A program made the translations under genes and the position numbers. A model generated the notes under the pieces. It was given only the letters and a program-made list of their open reading frames with translations. It was not told the DNA's origin and made no database searches. This document shows positions 12,501 through 21,715 of a stretch of 24,311 nucleotides of DNA, one piece after another. Source of the DNA: Catajapyx aquilonaris (lineage: Eukaryota); NCBI GenBank assembly GCA_000934665.2, contig JYFJ02000286.1:124001-148311 (forward strand), read 5' to 3'. Numbering within the stretch: position 1 is the stretch's first letter; the number at the start of each line of letters is the position of its first letter.

Positions 12501-12881
12501 AACACAGCTGAGTGTGGAAATTGGGCATTCAAGTTTCTGGCGACTTGTACAATGGAGGTTTCCCAGATCGTTAATTGAATTTCAACGTCTGCAAGTTGCT
12601 TTCAGAACTACCCAAGTTCTGGATGGGGAGTATTTAGCTGTGAGCTGGGGAATGTTCACCAGGCCTGACGCCTATTTGAGCCATGTAAAATATATGGAGT
12701 TTGGTCGGCACACCCCAAATCCCACACGTCTCATTTTGGTGCGAATTGAATGATGTCAAGTGACGGACTTTCTATGTACACGAGCGGATAAGAATTATCT
12801 AGTATTTCGACCACGTTTCCTTCTAGTTCCACTAGGCACGGCTTAAAATATCTCGCTTTAAAATTATAAGCACATACTTAC

Positions 12882-12920
12882 CCACGCATAGCTCTGGGCC
12901 TCAGATGAATATTAATGGAC
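12882..12920 (-). other. Candidate 39-nt exon
   Basis: Minus strand reads ctgtttctcactaacAG|GTCCATT...ATGCGTGG|GTAAGTA. The length is a multiple of 3 and one frame is open (SINIHLRPRAMR). No homology recognised. Confidence 0.22.
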
Positions 12921-14531
12921 CTGTTAGTGAGAAACAGTCACTGGGGCAAAATGTGAGAGTCTCTCAGGTATAAAGCATAATTCATCATGTGCCCATTATC
13001 TGTTCCTGTCGTGATACAGTGAAAAATCTCGCCCCTGGACACGAACCATTTTACCGGACACCATTTCAGAAACAAAGATTCCTTTTCTGCAGTAACCCCC
13101 AGGAGGTCTGCCCCACCTGAGTCTCCTCGCTCCAACAGAAGCCATCATTGTTCACCTTTTTTGCTGTGTTATCATATAGACAAAGACTGAGTGGGAGAGG
13201 TATTGGGTGTATGTTGCTCTGTATGATTCTACTTTGCCATGCTGTTCATTATGGGGGAGCATATGAACTGCACACAGAGCCTCGAGCAAATATCCATGTG
13301 CTCAGTCCGAATTTAGTCCGGTGACATTTATATTTTTACAGTGCAAAAATGGGGAATGCCTCATGTAGTATACGCTATAAACCACAACTGCTGATTTGCA
13401 TACAAAATGCTGCATTAATTTACTTAGCATTCTGCAAAATGCGCATGTAAGGTCATAATAATGAAATAAGGCGTAAGTGTCAGGATGAATATTTTGAGTT
13501 AGATTCTCGAATCCTGCGGCATATTTGATTGGCGCAAAATTATCCGACGTTTCCGTGGAAATGTGCGTGAAGTGCAGGAGTGAGCCAGATACAGTCCACG
13601 GGTTGATTACAAAGGGACTGTGAGGATGTCTCGGAATATCACATATCCCTCGAGATAAGATACACCAGACGTTGTTCGTTGTTACAATCTAATTCCTTTC
13701 TCCTCCATTGCCTCCTTATTCAATTTAACGTCTAGACACTGGACTCTATAGAGAGAAGTGAGTACTGCATGTGGGTCAGTAAACTATGTGCAAACTGTCC
13801 ATTGCCGTAACTAAGTGTAATTATTGAGGATGTACGCCGGAATTTTTATTTCATCTTGATGGTGTTGGGTATGCACGTGGCTATATAATACCCCTGAATA
13901 AGCAGTGCACTGTTCGTGGGTCTTCTCTTGACCATGAAGCTAATGATTTACGAAGACCAGGAAGACATGGGGGCTGAGGAGCAAAATTGATTATCTGTCC
14001 TTTGAACTCCCCCTGCCCTTTCAGCTGCATATAACTGTACATGTATAATGTTGGCCTGCAAATACCTATACTCAAATAAGGCAAAAACGCCTTATTTCCT
14101 TCGTCTCTCTATCACGTCCGGAATATCTGAAACTAACGTGTCTTTTTTCCCTCTACCTAAAGTATTAGAAACTTCCGAAGAAAAGAGAGCCGTTACATTA
14201 TCTTTCGTCCATCTTGACGAAAAAAAAGTGACAGATTTGATACTGCGGAAGGCAGAGGTCTCCGGATGGAAAGTCACATCTGGCAATAAGCCACGCCATG
14301 CAGCAGAAGGACGGCTCCCTCCGGACTTGTCTCAACCTGCTTCCGTAAGATCCGGGGACTCCAGTCGATACCATTGGGCCTACTCACTTTTGACCTCCAC
14401 CAAATACACGGACAAAAGATAGCACGGAGATTTCCTTTACGACGGGTCTAGGTTTTTTTTCTCCCCCTCACCCACGTCCGGTGGAGAAATAATGACGACT
14501 ATCTCTTTGAAAGGGGCTATTATTTTTACAG

Positions 14532-14601
14532 CAAATGATTCCGAGATGTAAAGCAGAAATAAATGTCACCGTGGGATCTAGTTATATGGCTATATTGATC
14601 G
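14532..14601 (+). other. Candidate 70-nt exon
   Basis: tatttttacAG|CAAATG...TTGATCG|GTAAGT with an open frame QMIPRCKAEINVTVGSSYMAILI. The pyrimidine tract is short and no homology is recognised. Confidence 0.13.
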
Positions 14602-16549
14602 GTAAGTGAAGGCTTACTGCCTTATTTTGCAGTTCTGCAGAAAAATGTAGTTCATGTTAAAGTGATGAAGCATTGAACAGAAGAAGCTGGTGGTCATCAT
14701 AATAATAAAAAATTGAAACCCAAAATGCGTGTACAAAAAACAGCCAAAATAAAAATATCTTCATGTCAGCTCCTATAACAAGAAAATAAGTAATGATCCA
14801 ATATTGCTTTATTCCTGAAACAGACTAAAACAGTACTGTAGTACACAATAAAGGTAACTCAATTTGAATTTTTGGGCTTTGATGCTCACCTCATCATTAT
14901 TTTTAAGCTAGTGCCAATCAGGGCTCGTAGATTTTCCTGTTGTGGTGCTGCTGTTGAGTGAGTTAATATTGAACACCGTCATTTGACGTAACAAATACAG
15001 TCATGTCGCCGTGTTAAGCACGTCAGAAATTAATCACGCCTGTCAGTCAATTGAGAGAAAATTGCCTTATTTGTCACATCCACACTGATAATGATGGTTT
15101 TTTGGCCGGCCATTATTACGGGAACAAGAGGATTAAAGAAATCGTGTCCCTCGATATTACGGGCATGCAAATAGGCTCCGAGGTGCAGCCATCCAACAAA
15201 CTACACTTTAAATCTTCACATTAACAAGTTGAAAAAAACGGGCACAATTTCAGCATAATTTAAGAGATTTAAAAAGCAAATTTTCTGCCCAATTCACACC
15301 TGAGCCGATTTGCTAATCAGAAGAAAAAACGAACGCCGCGATTGCAATGCGGAGATGAAATTGCTCATGATGAGCATATAAATCCTCATTGGGTGTAATT
15401 GAGAAGTGGATTGCAATGTGTATTATGATAATGTGCTTCGAAACGGTCCAGGGAATGTAGATTTTGGCTGGCAATTAAAATTCCCGACCTGTATGCCCTT
15501 GTTGACTCAGATGGGAAGTGATTTCCTATACCTCACCCACACTCAACATTATTATTACATGGCTAAGCTACCTGTCGATTGGGACTATTGATATTCGATA
15601 ACCGGTCATGCTGATATTGGGAGGGAATTCAATAAACATCCCCGAGGTTAGACTCTCTGGTGATAATTAACCCACCCCCACTCACCACTGTAAACGCTTC
15701 CTGGCGATTCCTATAACAATGGAAATTGGATCATTACCTTAATGAAAGGAATGATTGTTGACCTTATGAGAATGGAGAGACAAATATTTGATAAGCAATA
15801 CTCGCAACTAAATATTGTTTCAAAAATTGTGTGGAGTGCTTACAGAAAGGCACACACAAAGCACTATAACCGCCAGTGTGTTGTGGTATGCTGCTTTGAG
15901 CAGTTCCTAGACAAACTGGGCAAACTCTTGCGCGCAATACGATAATTACACCATCATGAAATATTAAGTGCAATACATCGGTATTTATTATCCGGACGTG
16001 ACATAAAGATATTGTCACGAGGAGATTGATATTTTCTACATATTTGAATGTGATAGTTACACTTTGTCACCCTGCAAAGATATTAGTGTAGTTTGTTTGA
16101 ACACGATGTATAACATTTTAAAATGTCAAATTTCCAGTGCATGCAGTTCACATATTTCATTTTTAGGAGTATGACATTATTTACGTTTTCCAGGGCGAGG
16201 TAAACTCAGTAAATGACAATAATGTGGTCAGAAGCGTTCGCCTTTGATTGTGCATGTTATTTTAGTCCGAATATTACCGTAACTGTACACGAGGACAATT
16301 TGTATTAATTAATAACAAGTGTTGCAGCAGAGCGGCATATTTTCAAATTATATAATCACAACATGTTTTGTTCATAAATGATAATTTGATGAGGTGGTGC
16401 AATGGCGTCTATAGAACATAACGAATAGCCCCTAAACAACGTGAAATTATAACACCGGGCGCAAATCACAACATAGTAATAATTCAGAGCGGTCACCCAA
16501 ATTCACACTGAACATCAAACAGTATTTTGACAGATGTTTGTGATCATAC

Positions 16550-16627
16550 CTGATCTGCTCCACAAAATGGGAGCAAAAGAGCATAATCAATACGACTTAT
16601 TAGATTCAGAGAGAGCAGCTTTTCCAT
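16550..16627 (-). other. Candidate 78-nt exon, or the 3' part of a longer first exon
   Basis: Minus strand reads cattccttgcAG|ATGGAAAAG...GATCAG|GTATGA, giving 26 open codons in phase 0 (MEKLLSLNLISRIDYALLLPFCGADQ). It lies just downstream, on the minus strand, of a GC-rich island. Confidence 0.2.
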
Positions 16628-16729
16628 CTGCAAGGAATGTCCAGATAGCCGGATTTGAGGCGAATATATGCATGGAAGTTCTCTTTGTGAAGGTGGTAAA
16701 TACTAGGCCCGGTTCGTATTCTTCCTGAT

Positions 16730-17140
16730 CCGCGTCGGATTCCGGGGACGGTTGCTTTGTGAGTTTTTTGGGGGAGTGGGTCGGGCGTGCAGAAAAGTGA
16801 GCGAAGCCATGCCGGAGGACTAACGAGATTACACGGCGGCCCAACTTTTGTGGCTGACTGGGAAGGAGTCCTTTGGGAAAGTTTCCCTACCTTCCATTAG
16901 AGTCCCTTATTTTTTGGAGGTCTCGGGTGTCCCTTGCACAAAAGTCGCGGGCGTCTCCTAACTTGACCCTCAGGCAACCCATGCCAAATTACGTCACCCT
17001 CCCCAACCCACCCCACCTCTTTATGCCTTTTCTCTCCGATTGTGTTTTTGCAGGGCTCCCCGGTTGGGAGTTGAGCGACGTTTCGCCTCAGGATGAGTTT
17101 TTGTTTCAATCCTTTTTGTGGTGGAGGAAAAGGAGAGAGG
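16730..17140. promoter_or_regulatory. GC/CpG-rich island, promoter- or enhancer-like
   Basis: GC and CpG are locally elevated. Contains a CRE variant TTACGTCA (16989-16996) followed by CCCTCCCCAACCCACCCCACC (CACCC/GC-box-like), and a near-palindromic GGGAAAGTTTCCC (kappaB-like) at about 16875-16887. Confidence 0.27.
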
Positions 17141-20100
17141 TTCAATCTGAGAATGTAGGTGTTACTCTAAGTTATGGTGTTGTGCTGCCCTCTAGCGAAC
17201 CGAATTGATTTGAGGAAGGGAGATTTAAAATTTGGTTCCAACTTGAACTTTGGGACTGGAGAAGAAGTGAGGTGGTAGAGGCAACTTGGAGTTTTTTCAG
17301 GGATTTTGGTCAGCACTGTACGTTGCAATTAACTAATGGTTCAAAGTTGGTTACATAGAAGCATAGGTTTATTTTTAGAAAACGTAACTTATAATGAAAG
17401 TATATGGAAATATGACAGCAAAGTATGATGTGTATGAGGGCACATAAAAACATCCGGAGTACTGAACCTTGAAGTAATCATCAAGGAAAATTAGTTGGAC
17501 ATCACCATCGGAAAATATCGATGCAAAGTACAAAACTGCGTATGTTATATACCTATCAGGGCAGTCTGGCCGGATTGTGGCTACAGCAGTATGAATCCCC
17601 TTTTTTCAGAGTTCGTGGTTTTGTTCCAGGAGCAATTTTCCTCTATTTATGCTAGAAAGTTTTTTCATCCTCTGAAGCTTAATTTCAAATCGGCCATCCG
17701 TCTTTGTTGGCCATGAAACTCAACATGTAGATCCTTTGAAACTCTAATCAGACCTTCAGTACAGGCAACTAATAGCTTTCTCAGTGGCGGTCTGCCCTAA
17801 TGATCGTCCCTGCCGTGCAACGTACATAACCATGTCGTAATCAATAAGCAGTTTATTGTTTTGTAGATTTTTAATTATTCATGTATCGACTAAATGGAGC
17901 TTTTAACTGCTGCATTCCCTTGATCCACTCATGAAGAGAACAATAGGCCAAATTAGGGCATTGCTTTAGTTATCCCAGGCGTGTCAATGGAATTTAGAAT
18001 TAACGTCACACGCAGGTGTAAATTGCGTAAAATTAAATCAAAATATACAAAAAGGTGCAACATGTTGGGGAGTTAATGACCCACAATTAAACTGTGTCGG
18101 GGCATTTGTCACAAGGACTATGTGAACGTTAAAGAATAGCTCTCGCAGCTCTCATTATGCTTCAACTCCGAGCGTGCCCACTTTGGTGAAAATTCGCATT
18201 ACCGGCTCCAGCGATTATAATGCTTTCCTAATTTACGTAGTTTTGAGCATTACCGCACTCGGTGATTATAACAATTTAATTTAAATGGTAAAAAAACGAA
18301 ATCCTGCCGCCACTGTTCCTATACAAGCGGTAGAATTTCACTTCGGTTTATGACTCTCCCCAGTCTCCCGTATATGTACTCTCTTCTACCTGTACACTTG
18401 CATACTTCAGTAATTTTTCCGCTCTTCGCCATCGCACCAAGTTGCGCTGCATTCCAAAAAGGTCCCTATCCCGCCGGGATGATCTTAAAATTTCTGACGC
18501 ATGTTGAGTCACAAGTCGCGCCATTTACCTTTGGTGCCCCCTTCACATCAAAAGCAGCAGTTTGGACACTCTTAGGAAATTTCCCACAGAGTTTACACAG
18601 CAAGTGGCTGAGAGCGCCTCCGTATATTTACAGGACCTCCCTATTTTATGGCTATACCTTGCATCAGGCATTTCATAGCCTTTGTAGCACTTGAGCCATG
18701 CCTCTTCTCTTTATAGTGCAGAGAAGACAAGGGTCTTCTCCTAAAGTAAGTGTTGAGCCTACAGTGGACGCTGGACTTGACTAGTGAAAGAATACAAAAA
18801 AGGAGAATACTTTCAAGTCCAGTATTCCCAAAAAGAGTCCACTTTGATAGCCAAGTTGAGCTCTGCCTACTTCACGGCCTGCTCTATAGTATAGTAGTCT
18901 ATAGTGGTGGTGGTGGTTCCATTAGCGAGGGTTGGGTGCTGCACTGCGAATGGATTCATCCATCTTTACTGAGCAAAAGTTGCTGCCCTGTAACAAATGA
19001 CGTCAGGGAGTCGCTCTGGTGTCCCTTTGTGGCCTTCTTCGCCGGCCGTCGTTTAGTTTGGGTCCTGGAGTTGGGATGTGGCCACCGCCACCACATGAGT
19101 GAGGACAATGTTGACCTGTGTTATTTTGGGCGTGCTACTTTTGCATAGTGGAGGAAGGTCCGGTGCTTGCCGGATAAACATGCCGAAAGGGAAAGGTTAA
19201 GAGGGTTCGCATTCGGTCTGGCTTTTTTTTCCGGGAGGTTGATGCTATACAGGAGGTCTAAAGGGACGTAGTGCTAACGTTGGTGTCATTTCCAGGAGAG
19301 TTTCCCCACGTAACGGATGAACCCAGTACGCTGAGGTGCTCCATTTTGTCGTACAGTTACAGTTGGATGGAAAGATCGTAGGGGAAAAAAAGTGGGTGTT
19401 TTGGGTGTTGTTACGTACGGGCTTATCAGTGTACTGTTGGATATATCATGAAAAAGGGTAGTCTCACAGCAAATTGCATCCAATTTCGGCTATTCGGTTG
19501 ACATATTTCTGTCATATCCGCTACACCGCAATAATAACAAACTGGCAGAAACGGACGTTTATACAAAGAAGCAGGATGTGGGTCGTCAAAGTATATTCAC
19601 GGCAAAGTGAGTTAGTGTGCGTTTCCTTTCGGAAACTAGGTACCGTATCATTGCATGTAATAGCGCCCTCTGAAAGGTAGATGCAAAAATAAGCAGCATA
19701 TTCAACTTCATAAGCCATTGAGTCAGTTTTTGCCAACTTTTCCTTCAACTTTGATCTCCAAAACTTTCCTCTCTGTGCGAACGACGAGGATGAAGGTTCT
19801 CCCATCAAATTCATCCAAACTTTAAGCCATGACGAAACCGAAACCCTTGCGGAACCCTCTTTCAAAGAACTTCATTCAGATATATATAATGAAGTCTGAA
19901 GAGCACTTTTTTTTCTCTACCCTTACTCTCCTCACTCCCTAGACGGCGCGGCGTGGAAGTAGGACCACCAGCACTTCCAATTTGAAGAGAAACCTTCCTC
20001 TCATCCAGGGACATAATTCCTAATCAATTAAGTGCGCAAAGAGTACGCAAGAAATGAAACAGAAAAAGTCCATTTAGCATTCAGGTTCATCAGGAGAAGT

Positions 20101-21474
20101 TGGTAAGCTTTTTCTCGACTCTTGAGGCCCAGTGAGCCAGATTGGAGAATAGGATGGGGGGCAAGAGGGTTTTTGCAAAACGTTATCGGTGACCTCTGCC
20201 GCACAACTCAAGGCTACAATTCCCAGGATGCAGCTTAGGAGGGAGGGGGAATTGCTATGGCCTAAACTTTCTCATTTCCCTCGGAATTTTTTAATCAGCT
20301 CGAGTACAGTTTAGTTCTCGAGGGAATGCTCTTCGTTTCATGTACAAAACGCTGGATGTTTGGTGGTTCGGGTCATTAGGTTGCGTTGCTTTTGTGCAGT
20401 CTATACTGCTTTGGGCTCATTGAAGCTGAAAGTGAAGTTGGTGATTTGTGTGACTTGATTTTTCACGACCGCTTGTGTTACACGGACGGTTAAATCATGC
20501 TTGTTAAATGATGTAGGCCTAGTGGAAGGAATGCCAGACTAATTTGTGTTGAAATGTGAGTGATTATTATTTTAGCATCGTACCGTAATCTCAGAGTCAG
20601 TTGTGTACAGTACATCCAACAACAGGATTCAGCAAACAGTAGTGAACTGATGAGCATAAACACAATATGACTGAGCAAAAAGATTTAGTGCCGCGAATAA
20701 ATTATGAAACTATTGTTTTTACAGGTTTTATAGACGTGCCTTTTTAGCTTGGGATGGCAGTTTTGTTTGCATCGGTTTGCATACTGGATACCTGCTCGGT
20801 GTACAACGGAAAATACTGTATCTCAAAACTATAGGTGGATTTTACCTGTAGTATAGGTGGAATATAGCCTACTGTTGGCTATAAATATAGTGCTTTGTTA
20901 CAGTGAAGTCTAGGTTTTTTTTGGATGCATCGCTTCTTAGATTGATGTTTCAAAAAAAATATCCAAATAACTCTCATGCAACATTAATCCAAGCAAAATA
21001 TGACAAAATGCGCAGTGTCACTGACGTGCGGAAAAGGAGAATCCATTTTCAGATTCCCTACAAACATGCAATATATGGTTTTTGCTGAAAGTTGTTGGCA
21101 ATGAACCGAAACAGAGGGGAAGAAGGAAAGGCAATGGCTACTCCGGGTCACAGAAAATGATTTCATGTGTGTATTATTTAACGCTGTTTTTGTCATGTAG
21201 GAAAAGTTGCAACGCTCCATCACCATTAATTCACAATTATCTGAAACATTTGTTTAGGTATGTTCAAAATAAACGCTACAAAATTCCCGTCCAATCTTTA
21301 AATAGTATACCAGTGCTTGGCTTATGCGGGTTCTCTGTAGCGCGACTTCTTGGAAATTGTCAAATGAGTTTCTGACCGGTTGCTTGACCAAATATATTGT
21401 TGTGTTTCTGGCTCTTAATATTCAACGGGACATACGATATGATTTTTCTTATTAGTCCCGGAAACTCCGTAAAT

Positions 21475-21715
21475 CAGTGGTTTTCAACCAGGGCGGGGGG
21501 GGGGGGGGTCACGGGCAGGGGAGTCGCGAGCCTGGGTCCAACTTTTTTTTTGCAATTTCTGTGCCAATTGAACCATTTTTGAGGCTGTACAGAGTGTATG
21601 TTTTCTGTATAAAGGGGGCAGTTGTAGTGTAGAAGGGGCCGGGGGAGGGGGGGGGTCGCACATTTATGGAAACATGTTAAGGGGGTCGCAGTTGGTAAAA
21701 GGTTGGAAACCACTG
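21475..21715. mobile_element. Non-autonomous hAT-superfamily MITE (Buster/Charlie-type), 241 bp
   Basis: TIR CAGTGGTTTTCAACC (21475-21489) matches the reverse complement of GGTTGGAAACCACTG (21701-21715) at 14/15. The flanking 8-bp target-site duplication is CCGTAAAT (21467-21474) / CCGTAATT (21716-21723), 7/8, with the central TA typical of Buster-family hATs. Subterminal GGGGTCGC-like motifs are repeated. No transposase. Confidence 0.88.

Noticed and set aside
12412..12753. 113-aa ORF with protein-like appearance
   Set aside because: TTG start, no recognisable family, and no convincing flanking splice sites.
18721..18740. Perfect 8-bp hairpin GAGAAGAC-aagg-GTCTTCTC; a 9-bp stem also occurs at 1190-1212
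   Set aside because: Isolated stems of this size are expected by chance, and intrinsic terminators are not relevant in this eukaryotic context.
19713..19898. Acidic, protein-looking plus-strand open frame (…NDEDEGSPIKFIQTLSHDETETLAEPSFKELHSDIYNEV)
   Set aside because: Bounded by stops, with no start codon or good acceptor and no recognised homology.
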